A stretch of DNA of 64,000 nt from Octopus vulgaris (GCA_951406725.2 OX597822.1:39804001-39868000), one strand, 5' to 3'; positions 12,527 through 29,670 are shown, counted from the first letter of the stretch. Notes: a model not told the origin generated them from the letters alone. Translations and numbers: made by a program.

Positions 12527-12860
12527 ACAGACTTACACACACACACAACGAACACACACTAACAGACTTACACTCACACACATACACACTAACAGACATA
12601 CACACACACACACTCTGACAAACATGCACACTCACACACACACACACACTGACAGACTTACACACACATACAAACACACAACGCACACACACACTAATAG
12701 ACTTACACTCACACACACACTGACAGACATACACACTGACATATATGCACGCACACACGCTGACAGACTTACACACACATACACACACACAACACAATAC
12801 ACTAACAGACTTACACTGACATACGCACACACACACACACACACACACACTGAGACGCTC
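12460..12860 (+). repeat. Minisatellite-like array anchored on cactgacagactta(ca)n
   Basis: The motif actRacagactta recurs roughly every 35-40 bp, separated by variable (CA)n. Confidence 0.8.
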
Positions 12861-13559
12861 ATATGTATATATATATACATGCACACACGCACTGACACAC
12901 TACCATATACTGACACACGTGCATACACAGAGGAATACACACAGATGCAAACGCATGCAGATAATTACATTTATAGAAATATGCACATACACGTACCCGT
13001 TCAGACGCATACGCACATACACACACAATTCCCATACATAACCATACACACATACACACATACACACACACATACACGCATTCCTGTGTCTTCATAGACA
13101 TTCACATGATCACACATTCTCGCAGACGCAAGCATATTACCATCACCATCGCCGTCGCCTCCGCCGCTAGCAGCACCACCAGCACTGTCAACAACAACAA
13201 CAGCACGGCTGCTGCTGCTGCTGCTGCTGCTGCTACTACTACTACTACTACTACTACAACTACTACTACTACTACTAAGACGACGACGACCACCATCATC
13301 ATCGCCTCAAAACAAGAAGAAGAAGAAGAACAACAACAACAACAACGACGACAACAACAGTAACTGCAACAATGGCACCAAACTCATAAGTACCACCACC
13401 ATCACGTACACCACCACCACCACCACCACCGCTATCACTACCAACATTACCACCGTCACCAACACCACCACCACCACCACCACCATCACCACCACCGCCT
13501 CTATCGGTCTGGCAATGTTAATGTCTCCTCCACGTGGTGCCAAAAGGATGGACTCCAAT

Positions 13560-13912
13560 AAGAGCTGGCAGAAACGTTAGCACGGCGAGCGAAATGCGTA
13601 GCCGTATTTCGTCTGCCCTTACGTTCAGAGTCCAATTCCGCCGAGGTCGACTTTGCCTTTCATCCTTTCGGGGTCGATTAAATAAATACCAGTTACGCAC
13701 TGGGGTCGACATAATCGACTTAATCCGTTTGTCTGTCATTGTTTGTCAACTCTAGCCCCTTGAGGGTAGTAACGAAATAGGTATTTCATCTGTCGCTACG
13801 TTTTGAGTTCGAATTCCGCCGAGGTCGACTTTGCCTTTCATCCATCGGGGATCGATAAATTAAGTATCAGTTGCGTACTGGGATCTATCTAATCGACTGG
13901 CCCCCTCCCCTG
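13560..13912 (+). mobile_element. SINE family B dimer
   Basis: gagctggcagaaacgttagcac head, two cores, and tail 1 rejoined to mid-head. Confidence 0.9.
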
Positions 13913-14094
13913 TAAGTAAAGAGACAAACTAATTCGTGTTGGGGTACGTTGGAGTTGATGTATGGTGGGTAGTGGTACCACTGTATACACTGTACTATAC
14001 TGTTTTCCTTCAATGTAGTACAAACTGACATCTATGTGATGTATTACGATATTGGAACTATACTATTACAGTACTACAATCTATACCATTACTC

Positions 14095-14460
14095 GTCATG
14101 ACACTCTATCGGTTATGATGAGGGTTCCAGTTGATCCGATCAACGGAACAGCCTGCTCGTGAAATTAACGTGCAAGTGGCTGAGCAATCCACAGACACGT
14201 GTACCCATAACATAATTCTTGAGGAGAGTCAGTGTGACACAGAGTGTGACAAGGCTGGTCCTTTGAAATACAGGTACAACAGAAACAGGAAAAATTGTGG
14301 TGAAAGAGTACAGCTGAGCTCGCTACCATCCCCTGCCGGAGCCTCGTGGAAATTTAGATATTTTCGCTCAATAAACACTCTCAACACCCGGTCTGGGAAT
14401 CGAAACCGCGATCTCACGATGCGAGCCCGCTGCCCTAACCACTGGGCCATTGCGCCTCCA
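14095..14460 (-). mobile_element. SINE family C, full length
   Basis: tRNA-like head at 14390-14460 (-). Matches 24506-24890. Confidence 0.9.
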
Positions 14461-14509
14461 CACACTTCACTACAGTGTATACTATACCCAAAACTACATT
14501 GCACTATAC

Positions 14510-14694
14510 CAGAGCTCTGCAACTGGTATGCTGCGGCACACTGGCGTGCCATGAGACGATGCTATGTGTGCCGCAGTGTAACCTGAATATAATTTTTCCC
14601 CCTATACTTTTAGTTATATTTGTAGTTCAGATGTACCGCTGAATTTCAAAAGAATATAACTGTAACGCAAGTGAAAAAAGGTTGAGGGGCACTG
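14510..14694. mobile_element. hAT/Charlie-like MITE
   Basis: Termini cagagctctgcaac / ggttgaggggcactg. Flanked by an 8 bp repeat cactatac (14502-14509, 14695-14702), although the flank is rich in that motif. Confidence 0.7.
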
Positions 14695-14774
14695 CACTAT
14701 ACTATCGTACATTGTGTTACACTATGCTGTCTTACAAAAAAAAAAAAAAAGGAAGAAAAGAGAAAAAGGTCCCT

Positions 14775-15015
14775 TCCTAAGCCTCAGGTTCATAAGGCCG
14801 GATTTTCGGGTTCAGTGAGGTATACATTCCACTCCAGCCTCGACGGGACGCGGAGCCGTCGAAAGATTAGTATCAATTTTGCTAGCGAAGAGGATTAGAT
14901 CAACGTGAAATAAAGTACTTTGCTCAAGAACATAACGCGTCACCCTGTCTGGGAATGGAAACTACAATCTTGCGATCATGAGTGCAACACCCCTAACCAC
15001 TAAGCCACGCGCTTC
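14775..15015 (-). mobile_element. SINE family D
   Basis: Minus head gcgcgtggcttagtggttaggggtgttgcactcatgatcgc. Tail similar to 1460-1550. Confidence 0.75.
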
Positions 15016-15541
15016 CACATGTTGTACTACAGAACAGTATAAATTGAACAGTATAAATTGGTACCACTACATACATTGCACTATACTGCACTGGTTGATG
15101 TATTAGAATATTAGAAGAATTATGTTTGAAATGACGAGATGGTCACGGATGAGAAGGTCGGCAGAATCAACACTGACTTGAGTTAAGCAACGACAAAATC
15201 ACTACACTTAAAAAGTAATAACGAGCCTAAAATAACGAGAATAAAATATGAGCCTACTAGAAATAACAGCCATAGGGCAAGGAAGTCCTTAACGCGTTGT
15301 CAGGCTTGGCACACTGGCAGTTACCCTGGGGTTCCACAGGTCTAGTGATCCCGTTCTCTGTATACTGTGGGTTGCTGCCAATAGATAAATACTGTAGGGC
15401 CTAGGGCTTTGATTTGCCTGGAAGTATTTGATGCCGTTAAAAGGGACCTGTACAGCAGTGCTTCACATACTATCTGATGTGGGGTACCGGTAGATTTTTT
15501 TCCCAATGTGCCAGGAATCAGTAATATTTCTTAGTAATATT

Positions 15542-16130
15542 CTTTTCTACACTAGGCACAAGGCTGGAAATTTTGGGGGAGGGTTCCAGTCAATTAGATC
15601 GATCCCAGTACTCAACTGATACTTAATTTATCGACCACGAAAGGATGACAGGCAAAAATCGACTTCGGGGGTATTTGAACTTAGAACGCTAAGACAAACG
15701 AAATACCTATTTCTATTTCTTTACTACCCACAAGGGGCTAAACACAGAGAGGACAAACAAGGACAGACAAACGGATTAAGTCGATTACATCGACCCCAGT
15801 GCATAACTGGTACTTATTTAATCGACCCTGAAAGGATGAAAGGTAAAGTCGACCTCGGCGGAATTTGAACTCAGAACGTAACGGCAGACGAAATACCTAT
15901 TTCTTTACTACCCACAAGGGGCTACACATAGAGGGGACAAAGAAGGACAGACAAACGGAATAAGTCGATTACATCGATCCCCAGTGCGTAACTGGTACTT
16001 AATTTGTCGACCCCGGAAGGATGAAAGGCAAAGTCGACCTCGGCGGAATTTGAAGTCAGAACGTGACGGCAGACGAAATACCACTAAGCATTTCGCTCGG
16101 CGTGCTAACGGTTCTGCTAGCTCACCACCT
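15542..16130 (-). mobile_element. SINE family B trimer with 17 bp target-site duplication
   Basis: Three cores. tatttcttagtaatatt at 15525-15541 and 16131-16147. Confidence 0.92.
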
Positions 16131-16194
16131 TATTTCTTAGTAATATTAATTGATAACTGCAAACAATACATATATAATGAATATAATAAAAGCT

Positions 16195-16330
16195 GACAAT
16201 TTTTTTTATCGTATATTCATTTTGTAAACATATAATACAATATTACATAAGTATTTTATAAGTATTTTATAATGTCTCTTTCTTTTCTGGAAACTTGCCG
16301 TGTACCGGCAGCTGACGACTCGCGGTCCGG
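16195..16330 (+). mobile_element. Fragment of a repeat also present at 34060-34601 (hAT-like)
   Basis: taatacaatattacataag...ttttctggaaact..cgtgtaccggc is shared with 34501-34567. That copy ends in the hAT-type terminus actttgagtagcactg. Confidence 0.6.
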
Positions 16331-16471
16331 TGAGAAAGAGAGTGGGGAGAAAGATGAACGATTTGAAATAATCAAAAAACCACAAAAAGGGCTTAATTTG
16401 GTTCGAAATAAATAACTTGATTAGCTTAATAATCGTAACTTAATCCCGGGTAAGGCCGGGTTATACTGCTA

Positions 16472-16472
<1 letters not shown>
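16330..16472 (+). mobile_element. Helitron 3' terminus
   Basis: GC hairpin cccgg gtaagg ccggg (16445-16460), then CTAG (16469-16472) 8 nt later and a T. This is the canonical Helitron end; the 5' boundary is uncertain. Confidence 0.75.
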
Positions 16473-16511
<39 letters not shown>

Positions 16512-16514
<3 letters not shown>

Positions 16515-16672
16515 GGGCTTCTTTTAGTTTCTGTCTACCAAATCTACCCACAAGGCTTTGGTTGCCCGAGGCTATAGTAGAAGACACTCGCCCAACAGGT
16601 CACATAGAGGGACTGAACTTGGAACCATGTGGTTGGAAAGCAAAATTCTTACCACACAGCCCCTTCTGCGCC
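16512..16672 (-). mobile_element. SINE family A, 5' half
   Basis: Matches the family A head. Confidence 0.8.
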
Positions 16673-17137
16673 TACACAGAATAAACCAACAGTGAAAGTA
16701 ATAGGGTAGAAAGAGACTGAGTGAGATATTCGTGACTGGAAAAGTCATCTAATGACAAGCTCTGGACATGCAGAATTATGTTTTCTAACACGGACGGACG
16801 TCGTAAGGCGGATCTAAAACATACAGAAAAAAAGGTCAGTGTCTGGTAAAGTTTACAAGATACTCACACAAGCATTACCAAAAAATTTATAAATATTTCA
16901 AGAATAAAAAAAAAAACACTAAACAAAACTAAGAAAAGAAAAACGAAAAGAAAATGACACGATTTTACTGGAAGAAAAACGAACAGGAAATAGCATTATT
17001 GTTTCACTATCTGACGTTATAGGTCCGCACGGAATATATTTAAGAATCAGTACTGCACACACACACGCGCACACGCGCACACACACACACACACACACAC
17101 ATACACACACACACACACATTCACACGCACACACACA

Positions 17138-17169
<32 letters not shown>

Positions 17170-17171
17170 GT

Positions 17172-17212
<41 letters not shown>

Positions 17213-18157
17213 GTAATAATCACGATAATCTTTGGATGGAATTTATAAGCATTTTATGGATCGCTACGCGCGTTTCTACAAATTACAGATCAGAAAAGAA
17301 ATCACGTGATTGTCTCAAGTCCGAACTCCCCCTACATCCAAAACAACCCATACGATCATTCCTATACTTACTAGGCAATTTTGGAAAACTGTCCCCCACG
17401 GATCATCTTTTCGCTGCTACAATCACTATATTAATAATTCTTAGATCATTCTCTAGATCACTTACTAATTACCATAACAGATCACAGATAAATATAACAA
17501 AGACACATTCGCAAACTTTTAAAACGTCCAATGGAATTATAATTCTATCAAGAAAGAGAACCCAGGTTTTTCAGAATGAAGCAACACCATAATTAACGAA
17601 CAGAGATACTGCGATGGAAAAATTTAGCAAAATAATTACAGAAACATCCAAGCAATATATCCCATAATGCAATGTAAAAATACGATCCCAATTACACATC
17701 AAATATAACCAATCCCTTGAGGACCAGTCAAGCACCGCCACAGCACACCCAGCACCACACACAACGGAAACAAAACTCAACATCAAACAACTCGACAAGA
17801 AAGTAACACCACACCAGGAATAAAACCAGAGAAAAACATTTTTATCCGACATAAACCACAAAACAAACATTAATTAGCAACATCACCGAGGCCCACACAA
17901 CATCAAATATCAGAATAATAATCTGAAATATTAAACACACCCTGCAGCATCAAGTAAACGCCCTTATCAGATATTTCTCGAAAATCAGTCAGCAAGAACC
18001 ACAGAAAGAGGGCACAGACACGAATCGAAAAATACGCACCTTTCCCCTAAAACTACAACCATAGTCCCTTGGATCAGACAGCGCAAAAACATTAACGTAA
18101 TCTAAAAATCACAAACACTCCAGGGTTAGATGGAATCACAGAGAAACACCTAGAATA

Positions 18158-18585
18158 TTGGTTTCAAATTTTGGCACAAAGCCTGCAGTTTCGGAGTGTG
18201 GGTTAAATAGATTACATCGACCTCAGTGTTCAACTGGTATCTATTTCATCAATCCCGAACGTTGAAAAGCAAGGTCGATCTCGATGGAATTTGAATTCAG
18301 ACCGTAAACACGGACGAAATGTCTCAAAGCACTTTGTCCGGCGTGCTAACCGACTTAGTAATGTTAATAATAATTTCAAATTTTGGCACAAGGCCAGCAA
18401 TTTCGGGGAGCGAGTTAAGTCGATTACCTTGACCCCAGTGGTCAACTGGTACTCTTTTATCGACCCCGAAGCAATAAAAGGCAAAGTCGACCCGGGCAGA
18501 ATTTGAAACTCAGACCATAAAGTCGGACATAATGCCGCTAAACATTTTCTGGGTGTACTAATGACTCTGCCAGCTTTCCGCCTCA
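18158..18585 (-). mobile_element. Two diverged SINE family B monomers
   Basis: Cores and ttttggcacaa tails on the minus strand. Confidence 0.8.
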
Positions 18586-18839
18586 CAAACACTTTACATA
18601 TTTAAGGCTTGATGGAATCACTACATTCACCAACATCCACAGCTATATGTGCCAACACTGAAATTTCCAAGACCTGGAAGCTGCGCAAAATCAAAGTTCT
18701 TTAGCTCAAAAGAAGTAACATCATACACACCTTTCACCTTACAATACACACCTTCAAAATTCCACAAAAAATTAATCCCTGACTTCACTAATCTACACAT
18801 CCACCTTTCCAAATCGTAACATTGATTCGGACCCCTGTA

Positions 18840-18890
18840 CAGCGATCCCTCGCTACTTCGCGGTTCAACTATCGCGGATTCACGGATTTT

Positions 18891-18946
<56 letters not shown>

Positions 18947-19431
18947 CACCTAACATTTTTCATTGCTCTTTGAACGAAAAAAGAAGCAGCGGCAGCAACT
19001 TCCTATCACAATGTTTTGGCAGCTTCGCAAAAAAGGAGCCAATTCCTACTGCCATTACTACGGTTGCATCTTCGGAAGAAGTGGAAGAGGTGTCCCAGGA
19101 AAGGGCGCCGCCGTCAGCTTCATCATCATCATCATTTCTACTGCGCAGCAAATTCATCACCAGCATCATTCAAATTTTACTTCAACTTCTTTCGTGTTGT
19201 GTACAGTAACAATCTTTTTTTTTTTTTTAAATCTAAAATGGTATTGTTTAACAGTTGTCCTTGTTATTAAAATACTACTGTAATGGGTGGGTTGTTAACA
19301 GGACAGGGAAGGTTTTAAAATTCCAAATACACGTTAAATAAATACTGTAAATATGGTGTCCCTACTTCGCGAAATTCAGTAGTGACGACCGGTCTCGGAA
19401 CCAATCTACCGCGATAAAGGAGGAATCACTG
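18840..19431 (+). mobile_element. Tigger/pogo-type non-autonomous DNA transposon
   Basis: TIRs cagcgatccctcgctacttcgcgg / ccgcgataaaggaggaatcactg with TA on both sides (18838-39, 19432-33). Internal remnant FERKKKQRQQLPITMFW. Confidence 0.85.
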
Positions 19432-19579
19432 TACTCACAAAACTTAACACAGAAACTACATAATGGCTTCAAAACCAAAAGACTTTCCTTACCTGCCATG
19501 CTAGCTACCCCAGACATTAGCAAAGAAATATTAGACTCCACCCTTTGACTCACACAAAACCGTTAATATTATCTTATGT

Positions 19580-20622
<1,043 letters not shown>

Positions 20623-20687
20623 CATTATTATTATTATTATTATTGTTATTATTATTATTATTATCATAATTATTGTTATTATTATCA

Positions 20688-23335
<2,648 letters not shown>

Positions 23336-23459
23336 CATACAACTTGCACAACATTCCCGGCATAAAGAGAATACAATAAAAGAAATGCGATGTCTAGCCA
23401 TGCTGATACCACATGCGGGCAGCGCAACTAAACCAACAGAAAAGAACAACAATAGTGTA

Positions 23460-23772
23460 AGGTACTCCGTCGGTAACGACGACGAGTGTTCCACTTGATC
23501 CGATCAACGTATCGCGAAATTAATGCGCAAGTCGCTGATCGCTCCACGGATACGCATACCCTTAACGTAGTTCTCAAGGAGATTCAGCGTGACACAGAGT
23601 ATGTAAAGGTTGGTCGCTTGAATTAAAAGTACAACCCGTTTTTGTCAACTGAGGCGACTACTGGAGCAACGAGAAATAAAGTGTCTTGCCGCAGAACACA
23701 ACTCGTCGTCGGGAATCGAAACCACTACCTTACGATCGTGAGCCGAACCCCGTAAACTCTAAGCCACGCACC
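23460..23772 (-). mobile_element. SINE with family C tail and family D-like head
   Basis: ctccgtcggtaacgacgacgag tail. Minus head ggtgcgtggcttagagtt...ttcgattcccgac. Confidence 0.7.
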
Positions 23773-24018
23773 TACACTGAACACAGTACGCAAGCAATAC
23801 GTTAGATTCTTGATTGACTGCGCTGGTACATCCTTGAGCTCCAATCTCAACACAATAAATCGCAATAAACTACAGGTGAGAGGAAACAGCACCCAATACA
23901 TTATAACAGACCACTTACACAAATTTAGGTAACGAGACAAAAAAAAAATGCTAAAATCGAAAGGGCCCTTGAATTCTCACAGAACTTGCTCCAAATACTT
24001 AGAAACATATGTAACACT

Positions 24019-24315
24019 GTAATGTTATCATCAGTCCAAATATGCTTGAGGCACGTTCGAACCGGAGAACAAGCTACTTACTACGTTTTGTCACAGAAAA
24101 TATATCCCGTTTGTTATATCTGAAGAGGAGATAACTACTCCGAAATGCTTGCCTCTCACGAAATGCGAGCTGATCTAGGTGTTTACACACCATTTGCCAA
24201 CAAACAGGATATATTTTCCGTGACAAAACACAGTGCGCAGCTTGTTCACTGGTTCGAACGTGCCTCAAACATGTTCGGACAATTTTACACAATCACTGCT
24301 TATCGCTCTCCTGTA
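24019..24315. mobile_element. Foldback element with ~83 bp inverted arms, 12 bp flanking direct repeat and central hammerhead-like core
   Basis: 24033-24115 is approximately the reverse complement of 24198-24280. atatgtaacact at 24007-24018 and 24316-24327. The loop has CTGAAGA ggag ataacta ctcc GAAA. Confidence 0.75.
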
Positions 24316-24505
24316 ATATGTAACACTTTCTAGAACAACTACCATCAACTTCATAGCCACATCCTAGACACATTCTTACATTCAGGTTAGACAAGTTCAA
24401 AGAATACACACACACACACACACACACGCACGCATACACACACTTACACGTACGCACGCGCACTCACACACACGCGCATGCACAGAAGCACACACTGACG
24501 TACAT

Positions 24506-24890
24506 GGATGGAAGCACTCCGTCGGTTACGACGATGAGGGTTCCGGTTGATCCGAATCAACGGAACAGCCTGCTCGTGAAATTAACGTGTAAGTGGCTGA
24601 GCACTCCACAGACACGTGTACCCTTAACGTAGTTCTCGGGGATATTCAGCGTGACACAGAGAGTGACGAGGCCGGTCCTTTGAAATACAGGTACAACAGA
24701 AACAGGAAGTAAGAGTGAGAGAAAGTTGTGGTGAAAGAGTACAGCAGGAATCACCACCATCTCCTGCCGGAGCCTCGTGGAGCTTTAGGTATTTTCGCTC
24801 AATAAACACTCACAACGCCCGGTCTGGGAATCGAAACCGCGATCTTATGACCGCGAGTCCGCTGCCCTAAGCACTGGGCCATTGCGCCTC
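24506..24890 (-). mobile_element. SINE family C, full length, 15 bp TSD
   Basis: cacactgacgtacat at 24491-24505 and 24891-24905. tRNA-like head with a TCG (Arg) anticodon position. Confidence 0.93.
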
Positions 24891-25253
24891 CACACTGACG
24901 TACATACAGATTAGTCGAACCGTCCTTAGCCTGATTGACTCCGAATATTAGGCTGGAATGGATAAAGGAACAGTAACTGCCCTGCTCTGACCAACTTTGC
25001 TCGCTTGTGTTGTAGCCAAAACCTGTATCTACAAGAGTACAGAAGTGTGGACAATGGAGAGAGTACAATGTGACTGTACACTGTACTTCATATAATGCAT
25101 GTCGCAGGATGTACTTTGAAGGACGGTCTTTGTCCTAACAAGCACATGGTATGAATGGGGGGTTAGATTTAAGGGATGGGAGTGGATCGTCGTTCCATCG
25201 ACTACCTGAGTAACATAGGACCGGGGAATAGGAGCCCACATGAAGGTACATTG

Positions 25254-25299
<46 letters not shown>

Positions 25300-26149
25300 A
25301 ACAACAACAACAGCAGCAACAACACGCCGCCACTGGAGCTGCTCAACCATATCCGACCTGGTGTTAAACGAGAACACCTGCTCCAATGCACCACCGCCAC
25401 AACCACCACCGAAGCCACCCAACCACCACCACAATCGCCACTACCACCACCACCACCACCACCACCACCACCACCACCACAATCGCCACTACTACCACCA
25501 CCATCACCACCACTAGCACCAGATTCTCCACCTCCACCAGTACCGGCAGCACCACCACTACTACCATCATCGCCACTATCATATCAACACTACACCAACA
25601 CATGCACCGCCAACCACACTACCGCCAATCCCTCCACCACCGCCATCCCCCCTCACTGCCGCCGCCAACCCCTCCACTTCCACGATCACCACCACCTTCA
25701 CCACAACCATCACCAACACAGCTACCACCATCCGCATCACCACCACCACCATCAGCAGCAGTAACAACAACACCACCATCACAGCCGTCACCATTATTAA
25801 TTACCACCACCGCCTCCACCCAACCCTGCCCCCCTTCCCCACCGTAGTCTGGATAAGAACCCATTAGATGTTTAATATAACAAGAATGTAACGACATAAA
25901 CAGTTGCAATTTCATGTGCAATGTGCAGTGTGCAGAGTACAGTGGCCATTGTGCACCAAAGTCACATCTAATGCAGCAGAACTGCAAAAACAGGAGAAAT
26001 GGAAACTTGGCTTGGCTTAGCAAAAATATACATCTGCATACATACAAACATACATACACATATACATACATGCATGCATGCATACATATATACATACATG
26101 CGTACCTACATACATACCTACATGTGTCCATATCTATGTATGCTTGTAT

Positions 26150-26191
<42 letters not shown>

Positions 26192-26231
26192 ATATATAAA
26201 TATATATATATATACATACATATATATATAT

Positions 26232-26288
<57 letters not shown>

Positions 26289-26724
26289 TATATATATATA
26301 TATATACACATACTTACATACATACATACATACACACATACATACATACATACATACATATATATGTATATAAATAATGTGTATGTGTACATGTGTATGT
26401 GAGTGTCTGTGCGACTGTTCTGCGTAGGTATGGGTGCATATACGCATGGTTGTATGTACGTGTGTATGTATATATGTACGTACGTATGTTTGTATATACA
26501 TGTGTGTGTGTATGTGTAATGTGTGTGTGTGAGTGTGTGTGTATGTGTGTGTGTTTGTGTGTGTGTGTGTATGTAAGTATATGTAACAATTAGATGTGTA
26601 CATATATGGGAATTTCAAATTTGCAGTTAATTAGGCATGGTCTGCAATGACTCGTATTTGGCGTGCACATGACAACTGCTGCAAGTCAACCATATAATAT
26701 ATATGATATATAGGGTATATATAA

Positions 26725-26786
<62 letters not shown>

Positions 26787-26826
26787 CGTAGACGTGTATA
26801 CGATATGTATATACATGTATATATGA

Positions 26827-26873
<47 letters not shown>

Positions 26874-27165
26874 TATATATATATGTAAGTATGTATGTGC
26901 GTATTTATGTTTGTATATATGCGTTTGTGTGTATGATATAGTTTATATAAATGTATATATGAAATCATAAATGTATACACATACATTATATAAATAATGT
27001 ACGTGTATTCGTGTGTGTGCGTGTATGCGTATATATATATATATATATATATACATACACACATCTCTCTCTCTCTCCCTCTACATACGTATATACATAC
27101 ATACATAAATACATACATACATACATACGTACGTACGTACGTACATACATACATACATACATACA

Positions 27166-27199
<34 letters not shown>

Positions 27200-27204
27200 G
27201 ATAT

Positions 27205-27330
27205 ATATTTCTTTACTGCCCACAAGGGGCTAATAACAGAGGGGACAAACGGATTAGGTCGATTACATCGACCCCAGTGCGAAACTGGTACTTTATTTAT
27301 CGACCCCGAAAGGATGAAAGGCAAAGTTGA
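27205..27330 (-). mobile_element. SINE family B 3' fragment
   Basis: Core plus tail 1. Confidence 0.85.
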
Positions 27331-27739
27331 CGCGCACGTACGTAATTACTTAGAGACAGTACATACAGCTATACATAAAATGATATATATGCGCGGGTAA
27401 TTCGAAGAAACACTTGAAAACGAAACGAAGACACGTATTTGAAATAAATACTTCTATAGAAAATACATTCTAACCTCGGACCTATCGTGTTTATGGCAAT
27501 CAGATGTTTGTATAAATCTTCGACCCACCTTCGTCAGCGGAATTTACGAAGTTAATTGTCAGTTTGCATGGTTATATTTATATACACCACAGAGGCAAAA
27601 AAACTATGAAATAAGTCACAGAAGTACACGCATTCAATAATATATATTGGATGTTTAATTAATAAAAAAATGCTAAATATTATACAGAGCAATATGAATA
27701 CGGCACAAATCATACGTCACTGTGTGATATGGATTGTGC

Positions 27740-29640
27740 TCCAAACAACCACGAAAAGAGGTAGGCTTGAAGAAGTCAAAGATTAAGCGAGCCATAAGAA
27801 ATTCGATGACAAGGTAGCAAGAATGACCACCGAATTCAAAGGTGTCGGCGAACAAAAGCTCGAGAACTTGGTTAATGTAATCTAGGAGGAAGGAGAGAAA
27901 AGATTTGACTTGAAATAACAGGGAATGGAGAATCATCGGCAAAAGGCGGACCATCGAGGAGAGAAAGACGGATCGCAAAGATTCGAGAAGAGAAGAAAAA
28001 CTCAGAACCAGATGGAGGGATGCAAAGGAGGAGGAAAGAGAAGGGTTAAAGCAGCTATATGAAGGGATAAAAAAGAGGCATCGAGAACAACTAAGAAAAG
28101 CAAGAAGGAAGAACAGAAGAAAGGAGAGAGAAAAAAAGCTATCGTAGTTTTGTAAACAATCCCTACCAATATGCGAAACGTTTGCTTACTGAAAGTAACA
28201 GCGGAATATTGGATTGCCCTAAAGAAGAGCTAGAACACCGCCTTAAAGGGACTTACAGCGATGCTGATTGAAATAAAGTACTCCCAGAAATGCTCGGGCT
28301 GAAGAAACCACCCGAATCAAGGGTACCATTCGATTCGAGTGACATCAGACGGAAAGAAATGGATGAGTTCATTACAAAAGCAAGAGTTAAAAGTTCACCA
28401 GGGAACAACGGAGTTAGCTACAAGGTGTATAAGCATTGCCCGAAATAGTGTTTACAACTGTTTGCACTGATAAGGGAAATGTGGAAGAAGAAAGATGTAG
28501 CAGAACGATGGTGTATAGCTGAAGGTATCTATTTACCTACAAAGAGGGAGGCAAAAACACTAGGGCAATTCAGACCCATTTCACTATTAAATACCAATGG
28601 GAAAAGATTCGTACAGCATAACGGATATGTTAATGAAACAATCCAAAAGACAGGGATCCCTGGAATCCTTGGGTTCATAGAACATGCTTTTGCCACCTGG
28701 GAAGCTATCAACTGTGCAAAACAACTGAAGAAAAACCTATACATTGTATGGCTAGATCTTGCCAATGTATATGGATCTGTTCCACATGCACTAATTCAAG
28801 CAGCTATAGACTTCTTTTGGATTCCAGATGTTCAACGAATACTCATACGTTACTACGATAAATTGAGGATGAGATTTACAGCAGGAAAGTTCACAACGGA
28901 GTGGCGACGGCCAGAAGTAGGTATTGCAGCTATATGCACGATATCAGTCATCTTATTTATACTAGTCTTGGAGATGTTACTAAGATCAACAAACTGTGAG
29001 AAATCTGTTACAAAGACACAGTTAAGGGCTTTTATGGACGACGTTACTGTATTATCAGAAAGCAGAGAAGCAGCAAATGGAACGTTAGAGCAGTTGGACG
29101 AACTAATAGGATGGGCAAGAATGTAATTCAAAGTCAAAAAATCTCGGAGCGTGACTTTCGTGAAAAGAGGCCAAACAGAAGTGAAATTCAGGATAGGAGG
29201 TGAAGATATACTAATGGTGAAAGAACAACCAGTAAAGAGTCTCGGCAGATGGTACAGAGATTTACTAAATGATAAGCAAAGCAAAGAAACACACGAGTTA
29301 ATGGAACAAGGAACAAGGACTAAAGGTAATTGACAGAACAACATTACCGGGGAAATTCAACTGTTGGAAACTGCAATTAGGACTGTATCCAAGGATAATG
29401 TGGCTATTGTAAATGTACGAAATAACCTCGGGTAGAGTAGAAAGGATGGAACAAAGATGCAGTGTGTTTATCAGAAAGTGGCTTGGTCTTCCAAAACCAC
29501 TGAATACAACTGCACTATATGGAAAACCCGCACTGCAACTACTGATAACATCAATCGCCGAAGAATATAAGACAGGAAATGCAAAGACAGTAATGATGCA
29601 AAGGTATTCGAAAGATCAGAACATCCGAGAAAATTTAGAG
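27740..29640 (+). pseudogene. Decayed Hero-like (RLE-group) non-LTR retrotransposon reverse transcriptase, 3' truncated
   Basis: QFRPISLLN, WLDLANVYGSVPH, GIAAICTISVILF, LRAFMDDVTV, EQPVKSLGRWY and FIRKWLGLP. Several stops and frameshifts, no endonuclease domain seen. Clade assigned from motif resemblance. Confidence 0.85.
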
Positions 29641-29670
29641 TCAGTACAGAAAGTTTCGACGTTTCGTATA

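Larger units (their letters stand above)
17230..19560 (+). pseudogene. Heavily decayed LINE (I/Jockey-group-like) interrupted by SINEs and a Tigger MITE
   Basis: Residual motifs PGLDGITEKHL (~18120) and GFKTKR...MLATPDISKE (~19465-19530), which resemble pre-RT and xLDxSKAFD motifs. gatggaatcac is duplicated around the SINE insert (18129, 18611). Confidence 0.45.

Noticed and set aside
11497-12884. Long ORFs (428, 265, 199 aa) with poly-S/H/D and VC runs
   Set aside because: Translations of (GAT)n and (CA)n repeats, open in several frames and strands, with no domain or splice evidence.
15270-15520. Possible further R4-type 3' remnant on the minus strand
   Set aside because: Only a faint motif resemblance and not flanked by TAA tracts.
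25255-25847. Poly-N frame continuing as TPPLELLNHIRPGVKREHLLQC, exon-like
   Set aside because: In-frame TGA at 25252-25254, no Met or convincing acceptor, and it runs into simple repeats.
28479-29126. Functional reverse transcriptase gene
   Set aside because: Flanked by in-frame stops and frameshifts, has an apparent internal deletion and lacks the C-terminal endonuclease.
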